Positions 13,141 to 26,845 of a stretch of DNA of 64,000 nt are shown here, piece by piece. The notes beneath the pieces were generated by a model. It had not been told where the DNA came from and did no database searches. It saw only the letters and a list, made by a program, of their open reading frames with translations. The stretch lies in contig OZ024741.1 of the NCBI GenBank assembly GCA_964016885.1, positions 326,430,001 to 326,494,000 of the forward strand, in the 5' to 3' direction. Origin of the DNA: Eledone cirrhosa. Lineage: Eukaryota. Position 1 is the stretch's first letter. Each line of letters begins with the position of its first letter. A program made the translations under genes and the position numbers.

Positions 13141-16100
13141 ATAGTTTTAATGGCCAATAATATGAGGAAAAATGGAAAAATGGATAATGCTGTAGTGAGT
13201 AATAATATGAATTGAGAAGTAATTGGGAAGAAAAAGTATAAATTAGAGATTAGAAATTAAAAAAGAAAAAAAGGAAGAAAGGAAAATGATAAAGAAGAAA
13301 GATAGGGGTTCATAACGACATAGAATGAGTAAATTGTATTATATAATATATAATACTGAAATAAGATAGAAAGATGGGTATATTTGTAAAAGATATAAAA
13401 GCCTTTGAGAAAAAGAAGATTTAAATTAATTAGGTATTGAGATATTAGCTGTATACTTTATGGAATGTTCTATGGGATTTATACAAGCAGAGCGAAAATA
13501 AATCCGTGCGTCTATTTATTATAGAATTGAAATTAGATATAATGGTATATTTCTCGGCTAGGCAGAGATTACATGTTCTAGATAGAGACGAATTCAGGTA
13601 AGGAAAGGCGGTGCAAACCTTCCTCCAAGAGATGTTATAGTTAATATTTTTGTCTTTTAAGGACCATATGAGTTCCGAGAGTGCCGTGTTAGTTCTTTTA
13701 AGTTGGTATTTAAAAGACAATTTGTGATTATAAAATCTATTTTTAATGGAAGTGGAAGTGGATCCGAAATAGGTAAAATAATTAGTATCAGTTATAACCT
13801 TACATTCATACACTAACTTTTTATCAAGACATTGGTTATTAAGAGGACATTTAGTTCTAACAGGGCAATTATAATTACGATTAGAGAAATTAACAGAGTT
13901 ATTAACAAGTGACCTATTATTATTTATAGAAGGAATTGGATTGGAGAAGTTATTTACGATAGGAACTATAGTTTCCTGATTTAGATTGGTATTGTGAACA
14001 TTCAACGAAGTTACATTTGATGTCGTATTTAAATTTACAGAATCTAGCCTAGAGTTAACAATGACGTCGGGATTACTGTTGCTATTATTATGACGCTCAG
14101 TGTTGGAAGGATGTAATTTATTATTTAATATTTTATTGTGGTGTTTAGAGATAATGTTAGAAATGTTGGAAGTGGTGGAATAAGAAAATTTGATTGTATG
14201 TTTGTTAAAGATTTTACTATAGATATGTGAGGGAGGGAAGCATTTATCTAAGGCCCTAAAGAATAGTTTAGGAATATTATTATTAATAGATAGAGAAAAA
14301 GGAATATTATACCAAATTATATTTTTGTATCTAGGTCTTTTATTTAAGTTATTTGAATGCTCATAATTAACTATTTTACTATAATACCTTCAATGATTGG
14401 TTTCCTTACTGTATTTAATTTTATCAGGATAACCGGCTCTGGAAAGCGCATTATTATAGTAATTGGCATTAGCGTCGAAGATATCTTTATTAGAGGATAT
14501 ATTTGAGATTCTTTTTTCAATATTACTGACTATAGCATCTTTAACGTTAGTGGGGTAGTTAGATTTAAAATTGACATAATTTAGACTCTCATTGTTTTTA
14601 TGGTAAGGGTAATATAGGCCAGTGTCAAGATTAAGGGATATATCCAAGAAGTTAGCTAGTTTGACGTTGTTGTCAAATTCAGTTTTAAGGTTATGGTGCT
14701 TAAATAGATCACGTGCATTGTTCTTAATGATATTAAGGTTAACTAAGTTGCAGTTTAAGACAGTAAAGAGGCCATCGTCACGATAAATTCCACCGCGAAG
14801 TTGAGGAATTTTCCGATTTAAAGAATGCAAAATAAAGATACCAATCAAATCAGTCAATTGCGATGAATCGGAGGCACCAATTGTGATATCAAAATTGTTG
14901 GAAGTATCAGCTCTAGTCTAATATTCATTGTTAAATTCCAACATAGTTTTTCTTGCGGTGAGAATGATGTAAAGTTCATCTGTAGTAATATTTAAATGCG
15001 AAAGGTAGAGCGTTGTTGAGGAGTGAAGGCGAAATAGAAGAATAGTAGCTGGCAATATCAAATTAAATAAATTTTTGTTTGTTTTTCTTATTCAGGTTAT
15101 TGAACCAGCCAATTACTTCAGATGTACCAATCCATAAATTTAAGTTAGAAATAGAGCAATTAGAACGAACCTGTCGGATAATTCTATCCAAGATGGCTTT
15201 ACTAACAACCCCCAGATCTGATTTGGAGGGGGCGATTAGTCTAACAGGCAGTTCCGTTCGAAAGTTACTTTTATGATACTTGAGATTTATCCTCGGAGTT
15301 CTTGGGAAGAATTGTTCGGTCTTTATCTCAATGCCAAGTTTAGACATAATCTCAGAAGCTTCCAAGTTTATAGATTCCAAATTGTCCTGGTTAGTTTTAC
15401 GATAATTCTTCCTTAGTTCCTTAAGGATAAAGTTATTATACTTATCTTTAGATACGCCATATAAATTATTAGTTTTGTCGGAGTGGTCTAAGACATTTTT
15501 AGATGAATTAAGGTTTAAAATCGTATTCCTGACATTTATAAGGTGCTCCTGTCCTCTATAAGGGTTTCTCTTGAATTTAAAACTTCTTATAATATTAGTT
15601 AATTCTTCCTCAAACTGCAGTAGATTTTTGTTGGAAGGAGGATTTCTTCTAGAGTTAAATAAATGATCAAAATAGTTATGTTCCTTAGTATAGAAATTTC
15701 GTTTTTGGCGCTGGTCATGGAAAAGAGCGATCCATCGAAGCCTTCTCACAAAAGAGTCAATTTTTTCAATCAGCTCATCCTTCCTACTTACACTCCTCCG
15801 CCACCATTCTTTATTTTTCTTTCTTCCTATATAATAAATATATATATATATATGTGTGTGTATGTGTGCGTGCGTGTGTGTGTGTGTATATGTAAGCGTG
15901 TGTGTTTATATATATATATATATATATAATTATTTACCGATTGTGTTGTTATTTCTGTTTTCCTTTTACATATATACAAATATATATATATATATATACG
16001 TGTGTGTGTGAGTGTGAGTGTCAACAAACAGGAAAATGTGAGACAGATAGATGTTTAAATTTAAAGATATAAATTACACTGAAATATATATTCTATTCAA

Positions 16101-16540
16101 TTCACGCAACAACCAAAATATCTAAATATGTGAAAGTAAAACCAAAATGAAGAACGCAAAATAAACATAAAAACAAACATAGAAAATCAAACTATTCCAT
16201 GAAGAACTCTTTAGCAAAGGAATATAAACTAGAATAATTTCACAAAACATAGTATATTTCTTTTTTCCTGCCACAAACATAAAAGACAAGTCCGATTGTA
16301 TCGAAATTTTATTGGTGAATATCAAAACAGTTACATAATTAAATTATTTATTTTTTTCAAAATGTCAGATTATATCAAGAACTAGCTATTTTAAGTTTAA
16401 AAGTGTGTGTGTGTGTATATATGTATAAATATGTATGTTTGTTTTTTTGTATATATGTATGCATGTATGTTTGCACCTATGTATGTGTATATTTATGGGT
16501 GTATATATATATATGTATGTATATATATATATGTATATAA

Positions 16541-16588
<48 letters not shown>

Positions 16589-17187
16589 CAGATATACATA
16601 TGCATACATATATATCTATCTATATATATATATATATTTATATCTATATCTATATATACATATATATATATATAAATATATATATATACATACACATAGA
16701 AATATACTTAAACACACATGTCTGTTTGAGTGGGCTGGTTTCTGTATTTTCAATTTCTTCAATACATTTACAGCCTCATGTCAACAAACTGCAGTAATAA
16801 AAAATATATTTCCTTCATCAAGATTTTCACATAAACAACGAACTTCTGGACAATTAAATAAATAATGCTCACTACTAAAATTAGATTAATGTTTTTTGAA
16901 TATAAATTCGAGCCACAAGTACACAACAATTTTATATTTTAATACAGAGCGGTTTTAGAAAGATAATTACACGATTTAATGGGAAGGTCTATTTGATGGA
17001 TAATAAACGGAAAAAGTGTAGTTATACACACACACACACAGACCCCGCCCCACACACGGAGATATGTATATGTATATACGTGTGGATATATTAATTCATT
17101 CATAGATACATATAAATGTATACATACACGCGCACCCACACACGCGCGCACAGACACAGACACCCATATGTATATATATATATTTAT

Positions 17188-17233
<46 letters not shown>

Positions 17234-17309
17234 CGAAGGAAATGTGGTAAGGAACCAGGTGGACCATAACGCACCAAAGTACTCAATACTTGAGGTAGTA
17301 GAGTGGGTA

Positions 17310-17435
17310 ATAGGAACCAGTAAGACCCCGACAGCTGAGCTCAAGCCGTTTCGGCGGCTAATTCTGGACTAAATCATTTAGTCCAGAAATAGCCGTCGAA
17401 ACGGCTTGAGCTCAGCTGTCGGGGTCTTACTGGTT

Positions 17436-17440
<5 letters not shown>
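17310..17440. repeat. Near-perfect 131-bp palindrome (fold-back junction of a pseudo-LTR-like repeat)
   Basis: ataggaaccagtaagacc...ctggactaaat|c|atttagtccag...ggtcttactggttcctat, flanked by (TA)n. Confidence 0.9.
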
Positions 17441-17517
<77 letters not shown>

Positions 17518-17966
17518 CATACATATATATATGCATGTATACATATATGTTTGTATATAAATGATTGAAAATTCTTGAAAACTCTTTCTCTCTTACATTA
17601 TGTAAATACTCTGCTGACTATAAATATATAACACACAATGCTAATATTTAAACAGCGGAATTCTAGATGAAAGTGTACTTTTTGCACGGTGATAAGGAAC
17701 ATTTTGGCAGGATCGAAACCGTACGGTCTGGTACTTTGGAATGTATGTTCTTTATAAACCTTTATTGTTGAATTTCGTTAATTTGTTTCATTTCATATTT
17801 ACTCTATTCCGTTCTATATGGGTATCGTCGTTTGAAGACTGCAATCGCTACGAGTTTGCTGTAATACAGGTTTTCACAAATGTTATTGAGAAAGTTTCGT
17901 GAGCGATATGATCGAAATATCAACGTACGCCTCTATTTATTTAGCATTGTATCGATCTAAATTCCC

Positions 17967-17999
<33 letters not shown>

Positions 18000-18149
18000 T
18001 TAAGTCGTTTGTAAGCCTCGACAATGCAAATGGGTAAATCTCCGGGTAACAAGATCCGGTGGTGGAGAGAGAGATGTAAGTGGGTGTACGTTGAGATGCG
18101 TGGTGTGCATAAGATGTGTAGAAGAATGAAGGAAAGAGTATAAAGGATA

Positions 18150-18544
18150 AAATAAAAATAACAACACGAGAGAGAGTTACCTTGGGAGAGATTTAATAGT
18201 CCCTATATATTTCGGATTCACATCCATCAAATGGGTTTTTTTCCGGGGTGGGGGAAAGGTTGTCTGTCGGACAGGTGCAAAACGCGCCCTCCGCTGTTTG
18301 TTGTTTTGAATATCTGAGGTATTCGGCAGAGGGCGCGTGCGCGTGAAATGGGGTCGGTCGGGCAGAGGTCAGCGGCCGAATGAGGCAGTGGCGTGGCGCT
18401 ATCTGTCAGTCCATTCTCTGCCTGTTTGTTAAATGTTACTGTGTGTGTGTGTGCGTATGTCTCGCTTGAGTATGTGTGTGTGTGCGTGTGTTGTTGCCTT
18501 GTTCCTCTGTATTGGCAGTGTAGTATGTTTGTATGGTGGAATGC

Positions 18545-18596
<52 letters not shown>

Positions 18597-19517
18597 TTGT
18601 CTCGTATGCGTGTGTTGCTGCATCGTTTGTTAGCTTAAACTAGCCATCTCATTTCGCTTCTCTCTGATCGGTTGTTTATTTGCGGTTGCAGACGTTTGAT
18701 AAAAAGCGCTTCCTTGATACGTAACGTGCCGACGTTTCTTTCAGTCGCTAGAATTGTGACAATGGGCCTTCCGTCTTTGTTTCCGCATTTGTCTATGTGT
18801 TTCCGGAAAGACGAGGCCCTGGTTTTAGTGTGTTCCTTGATCCGGATGTGCAAAGGTCGGATTGTGCTACCTATGTAGTATTGGTTGCACCTGTCACATT
18901 CTATCTTATACACGACGTATGTGCGTAGGCAACAGTTCGCATGGCGTATCGGGCAGTCTCTGAGGGTTCATGCGTCAGTAGATTTCCCGGGTTTCCTGGA
19001 GAGGCATCTTCGCAGGGAGGGGTCCGAGTGGGCCAGGTGGATGTCGAGGCCCTCCCTCCGTATAGCCTTGCGGATAGCGTTGGTGGTATTCTCGCCCAGG
19101 TGTGGCATTTTAAGGAAGCACTTGCCCTGGGTGCCTCTCTGTCTCTTGCGTGTGGTGTCTCCTATTCTGTCTGTGATCGAGGTAGGGTACTCGTTCGTCT
19201 CCAGCACCTCGAGGAACCGCTTGGTATGAGTGACACCACTCGCGGGATCGCTGCATCTGTTTTTGATTCGTGCAATCTCGTTCGTGATGTATCCTCTTTT
19301 AGCACTGTTAGGGAGGGCGGACTTGTAGTGAACGAACAGGTCCCTGCAGGCTGCCTTTTGGTAGAAGTTGCGGTGGATCCTTCCCTGTTCCGAGATGTTG
19401 ATTCGGAAGTCGAGGAGGTCAAGTGACCCGTCTTCGTTGGGGTGTTCAACACTGCAGTCAATGTTCTCGTCTGTGTTGTTGAACGTCTCATAGATTCTGT
19501 TCGCCGTGTCTTGGGAA
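18150..19517 (-). mobile_element. Penelope-like element 3 (RT thumb + GIY-YIG), 5'-truncated
   Basis: ORF 18635-18913 reads YKIECDRCNQYYIGSTIRPLHIRIKEH...KEALFIKRLQPQIN. Upstream minus frame reads LDFLDFRINI...FYQK...HYKSALP. Confidence 0.85.
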
Positions 19518-19674
19518 GATATATATATTAGGTATAGGATTATCCTAGATGGAGTAATGGTTAATTACTACACTGGATATGGTTGACGTACGGTGAGAGG
19601 TTACTCAACGAGTTATGGAAGAATTGTTGAAGAAACTTAGTTCCTGATCCTTCTGTATTCCGGAGTGTAGATAA

Positions 19675-21100
19675 AGAATGAATAATAACAGGTAGACATC
19701 ATAAAAAGGTAATTTATTCCGTGTGCTTACAAATGTTTCCACGGTGGTTGTACAGCCTAGTTAAGCTATGTGCAAATTTACAACTATTTGCAAAACTCAA
19801 TTATCAAATGCTGTGACCACTCAGAGCAGAATGGTTAAAATGTACAATGTAAATATCCTTAAGTGAGGTTATTGGAGAAGATAGAGTAGAAAAGGAAGAG
19901 AGGAAAGTAGGGGAGAGGAAGATAGTGAGAAAGATATGCAGGGGTTGGAGAAATAGGAGAGAATGGTTTGTAGATATCTTAATCAAAATGTTATGGTAGG
20001 GGTTTTATTATACTGGTTACTCTTAAAGCGACCACCTTAAGCGATGCGTTGATAGTTAAGGTTGGAATTATTTATTGCACCAGAGGGCAGGTTCATAGAT
20101 GTGGAGAGGGAGGGAGGTAGGCCTAAGTCGAGAGAGAGTGGAATGGATATAGAGAGAGAGATAGACAGGGGCAGACGAAAGCTATGGGGTGGGTGACCAC
20201 GCTCGCCAACAAGACCTGGCAACTCCGTGAACGTAACCAACAGTTCACCTTAAAATGGGATATACTTTCCAGCGCAAGTGCATATCGGAGTTGATTGAAG
20301 TACTGTAGGTTATGTAACCTTGAACTCTTTTACATCTTAAAATCCAAAAATAAACTACTTAACGATAGAATCGAATGATCATTATACAGCAACCACAAAC
20401 TAAAAGCTAAATTCTCTCACTATAAAATAACTTAACATTCGAACCCGTAACTATAACATTGCTTTCTAGCTAACCACATTCTCTTCCCTCACACTACAAG
20501 ACAATACCCTGCTTATCACTATAAATGGTAACTTAGTGCAATTTGCAGATTACTACTACGAACCCAAAGTTCACCCACCCCATAGATTTTGTCTGTCCCC
20601 TCTCTATATCTCCCTCTATATCCATTTCACCCTCTCTCTCTCGCCTTAGGCCTACCTCCCCCCTCTCCACATCTATGAACCTGCCCTCTGGGGCAATAAA
20701 CAATTCCAACCTTAACTATCAACGCATCGCTTAAGGTGGTCGCTTTAAGAGTAACCAGTATAATAAAACCCCTACCATAACATTTAGATTAAGATATCTA
20801 CAAACCACTCTCTCATATTTCTCCAACCCCTGTATATCTTTTTCTCTCTCTTCCTCTCCCCTACTCTTCTCTCTTCGTTTTCTACTCTAACTTCTCCATA
20901 ACTTCACTTAAGGGTATTTACATTGTACATTTTAACCATTCTGCTCTGATGATACAGTGGTCACAGCATTTGATAATTGAGTTTTGCAAATAGTTGTAAG
21001 TTTGCACATAGCATAACTAGGCTGTACAACCACCGTGGAAACATTTGTAAGTACACGGAATAAATTACCTTTTTATGATGTCTACCTGTTATTATTCATT

Positions 21101-21102
<2 letters not shown>
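19675..21102. repeat. Large inverted repeat (~520-bp arms, ~380-bp spacer) of an HHR-bearing pseudo-LTR family
   Basis: 19675-20195 is the reverse complement of ~20575-21102; the same peptide tail appears in ORFs 20037- and 20543+. Confidence 0.9.
20942..21053 (+). ncRNA. Type I hammerhead ribozyme with long stem II
   Basis: tgct-CTGATGA-tacagtggt...accaccgtg-GAAA-CATTTG-TA-agta (agca in the inverted copy, which has lost part of the core). Confidence 0.7.
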
Positions 21103-21198
<96 letters not shown>

Positions 21199-23214
21199 CT
21201 ATATATATGTATATATGTATATATTCATATATCTATATATATATATATATGTGTGTATATATTCATATACATACACATATGCATATATAAATTAGACATG
21301 GCCTGGGCTAATACTCGCCGAACTCTATCAAAGTTATCTATCTATCTATATAGTAATAATAATATAAGTGAAGTCTAAAATCCGAACAGGGCTCGATAAG
21401 GATAATATATATATAACCATATATAAAAACCGTAGAGCAAATATTTATTAAAATAGCAGATTAAACTTTAAGCAAAGAATCCCTGCTAATGGTGAAAGCA
21501 GCGATTCTTTGCTTAAACTTTATTCTTTTATTTTAATAAATATCTATCCATCTTACTTCTTGAAACATAGACCCCATTAGATAATTTCATGATAGTATAT
21601 TGGTCAGTATATGAACCTTTCAGCCGAGCCTCGTATTTAGACGTAACAGTGTCTTCCTGTTATGTTGCTAACAACAAAGAAGTTGACAATTTGAACGTAG
21701 GTCAGGAACACGAAGTAGTTACTTTGCAGACGTCATCCCTGCTTTAAAGCTGCATCATATATTAAAACCAATAACGTGTAATTGCAGAATCCTACCATTA
21801 CATTGTCTATAGAAATTTCTATCCACAACATTTTGTTGAAGTATTTGAAATGAACATTTTTAAATGTCTCCGAACACACATCGAAGTCATGGAATGATGG
21901 TAAATTCAATTGAAAGCTTTCGTGTTTCTGTCAAATTTTAAAACCCTGAACATTTATTTAGTCCAGAAAAGCCGGATTAATATCTTCTTTTTTTTATTCT
22001 GGTGTGAAACAGCCGGTTTTGACAAGAGCCATCTGTCTTTCTATCAACACAATTATTCCATTACTAACGCAGACACGCGAAAACGGAAATAATCTGTCTG
22101 TATCTGATAAAAATAGATACGTTGCCACCCGGCTTGTTGTGGAGTAGAATGATCATCTATCTCTTAGTATGATGGATGTTCCTGTTTTTCTACCAATGAA
22201 ATACCCTGTTCCTGAATGTAAAGAGCAAGTGGCCAATCATTTTACAGACGCATGTGTTCCCTTAACCTAATTAACATGTTGATTAAGCATGACACAGCAT
22301 ATGTGACATGTGTGGTCCTTTGAATTATAAAGAGAATTCATCCGATAGTTTTTCAAACAGCTTCTGTCTAACCAGGTTCACTCACAAGTCTTATTAAATG
22401 GCACTTGCCCAAGATTCCACTCAGTATGATCGAACCCGAGATTACAAAGCGACTTTCTTAAAAATTTGGCCATAAGAGACGTCTAAATGTGTTAGCAATA
22501 TGAAAGGTATCCGGCAATAAAACACTACGTCATGATGAGTATCAAGAATTCTATGGGGGTCCGCAAGATTAATCCCTGCATTAGCAAGTAAAACGGCTTT
22601 AAAATACTTGTTTGCTGTAACAGTATACTTAGATGTTTTCAATAAGGATCTTTGTGTTGGTACAGTTTGTAGCTGTGAGCAATCGAACAGCTGTATCGTC
22701 ATTTTGTTTCATTCATTGTCGTGCGGAGGGAAGCAATGACATAGCGTTGCATGTATGTATGGTCCAGTAATTCCTGGCGGGGTCCTAGGGACACTGTATT
22801 GACATCAGCGATTGTAAGGTATTTCTAAACCTGGCGGAGCGCATCTCCACTTCAGTTCTGAATACAGCATATTTCTTCCAGAGAAGGATAGAAAGAGTGA
22901 GAAAATGAAAGTATATTGAGCAAGAATCGACCCTAGTGATAGACTGGTACTTTTTTTATCGACCTCGAATAAATAAAAAGAAAAGTCGATATCGGTGGGA
23001 TTTGAACTCTGAGAAGATAGCCGAAACTAATAGCACAAAGAATTCTATCCAACGTTCTAACAATCTGAACATTCACCGCTTTTACACAGGGTTGACTTCA
23101 GCTAAAATCTGTTTACCAGTATGATGTAACATGTACCATGTTTTCACTCAGGGTTTAAAGTGCCCATGCAACATAAACAGACACACAAGCATCATCTCAA
23201 CTTTCTTTTCTTTC

Positions 23215-23470
23215 TAAAGTCAGGAAGCTCATGAGGCCAGTGTTTATCACGATGTGATGACCTGAAGTGACGGAGAGTACAAGACTCCTCCCTGGACAGA
23301 GTGTCATCGCAGGGTTAAACACCGAGCTATTGCTGGTAACATTTTCAGCTGAGTATAATGAAGCAACGTGAAATAAAGTGTTTCGCACAAGAACACAACA
23401 CACAATCTAGTCCAGGAATCGAACCCACGACATTATGATCGTAAGTCCAACACTCTTACCACTAGGCCTT
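23215..23470 (-). mobile_element. tRNA-derived SINE, same family as 6540-6783
   Basis: Shares gagagtacaagactcc..cctggacag, gctattgctggta, gaaataaagtgtttcgc, the gggttcgattcc B-box and the ggcctagtgg A-box. Confidence 0.75.
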
Positions 23471-25635
23471 CTTTTCTTTATAAAGAAAGCCCTTGCAGCA
23501 TGTGTCAGCTTGAAGGAAACAGGGCTACACCGAAGAATGGTGCATGATTGAACTTAAAACGCAGTCGAAATGAATGCCCACCACTCAAACAATTCTAACA
23601 AACCGTGGTTTGAAAATATGTTGCCGCTAGATGTAGGGAGGCAATGAATTGAGAGGAAAGTGTACAAGTTAAAATTTGAAGGTAGCATTGGAAAATAACC
23701 ATCTAAGAAACACATAACACTAATCATACTATTGTTGGTACTATACTTTTTAAAATCACCAATCTCCAATTATGCAATCATTATAGGCGTTGAACTGGTA
23801 GAATAATTAAGACGTCGGATTAAATGACTTGGTATTTTTTTTCGATGCATTGCGCTCAATTCCAGGTTTATTGAGCTCAACTTCAACTACATTGAGCTCA
23901 ATTTCAACTTTTGGGATCGAAAAATAATTTACAATTCTAGAGGGTGAATCCGCGCAATTGTTAAAGAGTCAGAAAAAATACTCTGTGGTATATGATCTGC
24001 ATCTGTGTGTTCTGACAGGAGTTGCAACTGGCGAATAGAATGAGCTTGCAATAGCAGTGGTGGCAAATTGCTGCAAAGCACCAACGAAAAAAGTTAATGA
24101 CAACCTCTATGCTTCCACAATGGCTTAATGCGTTCTGAGTTCAAATCGTACCCCGGCCTGCTTGGATTTGCGACCGGCAGATAGTATCTGCTTGCAAAAA
24201 GAGTGAGTCATTGGACTAAAGTAATAGAAATTATCTAAAAATGTGTTTGTTAATGTCGATGGTTATAACATATTTTAAAGTGGACAGATCATTGTGAAAC
24301 CTTACAGTATCTGAAGTTGTTAGCAATATAACCAGTGAAATGATTTTCTTTTCAATCTATCATTCTTTACAATCTATCATTCCCATGGAAGTAGATTGGG
24401 CTAACGTGAAGTAAATGTCTAGCTCAGGGACACGAAGCATCGCACCGGCAATCGAACAGAGGATCGTGTGATCAACACTATACCAATCAAACCACTTGCC
24501 TTAGTGTATTTATCTAAGACTCTGGATATTCGTAAATATATTACTATTAATAAACTCGGTGACTCTTCAATCAAATATGCCAACCCCAGTTTTAAAATAT
24601 TGACACTTTACTTTGTCCAGGGAAATTATATCAATTTTAATTTAAATTTCCACTGTAAACAAAAGGACAGCTTATAAACAAAGCCTTCCGTTTCAGAAAG
24701 TATGACCTATTAATATTGTAGACGCTGGTAAAATATGGACTGGGTGGGCGACGTAAGGGTTTCTTTAGAATATCTAGTATGTACTATTACATTACACGTG
24801 CAATTTAATTGCACACAGCATTGTTAATCAATACATTTAACTAATTATCGAGCAAGCTGTCATCTTTATGATACAAATTAATTCAACGTTCAACGATGAT
24901 AAGTCTAAATTAATCTTCTATTATTTCGTCCCAGTACTTTTCCTGGCAACGTTTTTCCTTCATATTTTATTATCGGTAATAGATCATCTATCATACTGAC
25001 AGCCGCATGCTTGGAAAAGATTACTATCTTTCGAAATAGATTTCACAAACAAGTGCTATGTTATGTACGACCTAATGAATGACTGTTTTGCATGTATTAA
25101 CGATCCTCTACCCCAATCTCTTTCTTGTCCTCACGCACACATACAAACTCTTTCTGACACACACACACTTTCTCTTACCACACACACACTCTCTCTTACA
25201 CAGACACACACTCTATCTCTATCCATCTCTCTTTATAGCCCTCATTTTCTCTCTCTCTCTTTCTGTCTTGGTCCCTTTCTATCTCTCCCCCTCTATCTCC
25301 CAGTCTCTCTCTCACCATTCATCTCTCTGCCTTACGTTCTAAATGTGGTTCCCCGCCCCTTTGTATTAATTTATGTGCTATTTAAACACAATATGGCTGA
25401 TTGGTTAAGCCCTTCGTTTTGCAATCATAAAATCTGGGATTCAATCTCACTGTGTAGTATTTTGCCACCGAGGAGTCTGATTGAACGCCTGGTAGTTTTA
25501 TGAATTGCTGATTTCAAAACACCAGAGTCTTGCGGTCGATGAGCATGATTGAACGCCTGCTGCCGTTGTGGCCTGCAAGTCTCAGTACCCGAGGGCTTTG
25601 CCACCGAAGTGGCTAACTGGTCGCCTGATAGGCCA

Positions 25636-26087
25636 TAGGAAGAAAATATGTTATTACAGGCATCATAAGTATATTTAGAAACATTATCAAAATTATCACA
25701 AAAAAGATATATTTCAAAATATCATTGAAAACCATTAAAAAGAATATCATTTGAAAAATATTAGATAAAAAGAAAAATATCATTTAAACATCACCACAAA
25801 ATTTCGACAAAAACATAGTGAAGACGTATAAAATGTAAACAAGTGAAATATATTCCATATATTAAAGATACTTCTGAAAGTCATTCTTTGGCGATGTCTG
25901 CAAGAACTGAATAATTCTTTCTTTTTGTTAATAGAGTTTTGGCAGGTAAGTATATAAAATAATATTTTTCAAATGATATTCTTTTTAATGGTTTTCAATG
26001 ATATTTTGAAATATATCTTTTTTGTGATAATTTTGATAATGTTTCTAAATATACTTATGATGCCTGTAATAATATTTTTTCTTCCTA
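25636..26087. repeat. Inverted repeat, ~125-bp arms with ~195-bp spacer
   Basis: taggaagaaaatatgttattacaggcatcataag...gaaaaatatta (25636-25762) is reverse-complemented at ~25960-26087. Confidence 0.85.
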
Positions 26088-26694
26088 AATCACTATATAG
26101 ACTTTAACACATGCATTGATGTAGCGAATACTATCTAAATACATATATAAAACAATTCTCATCTTTGAAAACATCTAATATAAAATACCTTATAATCATA
26201 TACAAAATAATATATTAAATTTGTCTACTTATATTCCGCATATATCTTAATTGTATATTTATTTAAAAGTAAATTCTAGAATTAAATGACAAATGTAACA
26301 TCAATATTTTAACTAAGAAACAATGGAGTTATCTTTTCCTTTATAATGTAACACGCTTAAACATTCCTTCTACGTAAAAACTGAACTTTACATAAATATT
26401 AAATTCTCTGTATATTTTCGTTGACTTACTAAATTTTTTGTGAATGTTTCCTATCTTGATGGTACTATCTGAATGTACAACATAATCTTCTCAAATAAAA
26501 TTTATAACTACGTCCTTTTCTTAACTATATATTGAAAATGTAAACACAAAACTTTTCGTAACACTTAACATATATAAAAAATATTTAAATTATCTATCTA
26601 GTGAAAATAAGAACATATATACTCACCAAAAATATTTATATAAATAACCTGTTGTAATATAATTGTTTCTACATTTGGAACAAGGCCAAATAAA

Positions 26695-26845
26695 CAGTGC
26701 ATTACTGATACTATATTTTATCGACCCCGTAAGGATGAAAGGCAAAGTTAACCTCGACGGGATTTGAACTCAGACCGTAAAGAGACATAACTATGCTGGA
26801 AAGCATAGGCATCCGACCCTCTACCGATACTGCCAATTCATCTGT
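26695..26845 (-). mobile_element. tRNA-derived SINE with a Meta-like central domain
   Basis: Minus strand: ctgagttcaaatcccgtcgaggttaactttgcctttcatccttacggggtcgataaa. Related copies at 59490-59670 (+) and, more decayed, ~22930-23065 (-). Confidence 0.75.

Larger units (their letters stand above)
12070..15790 (-). mobile_element. Penelope-like element 2, near full length (RT + C-terminal GIY-YIG), pseudogenised
   Basis: ORF pieces: 15063-15749 (SDKT, PVRLIAP), 14390-14857 (GIYRDDG, FLDISLNL) and 13445-14005 (NC...CPL..C, VYEC, YFGST, RFYNH, CNLCLAEK). Long AT-rich 3' region ends in an HHR. Confidence 0.9.

Noticed and set aside
16407-17344. Long YI/CV/HT-rich ORFs here and at 27718-28949, 21035-21295, 58274-58495 and elsewhere
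   Set aside because: They are translations of (TA)n/(CA)n microsatellites, not genes.
17685-18240. Degenerate hammerhead-like motifs (GAAA-CCGTACGG-TC at ~17716; minus-strand ggat-gtga-atcc-GAAA-TATA-TA at ~18205)
   Set aside because: Core nucleotides are mutated or deleted, so they are not called as ribozymes.
22780-22910. Candidate minus-strand exon after a polypyrimidine tract
   Set aside because: Short frame with no recognisable product; the region also resembles a decayed LINE 3' end.
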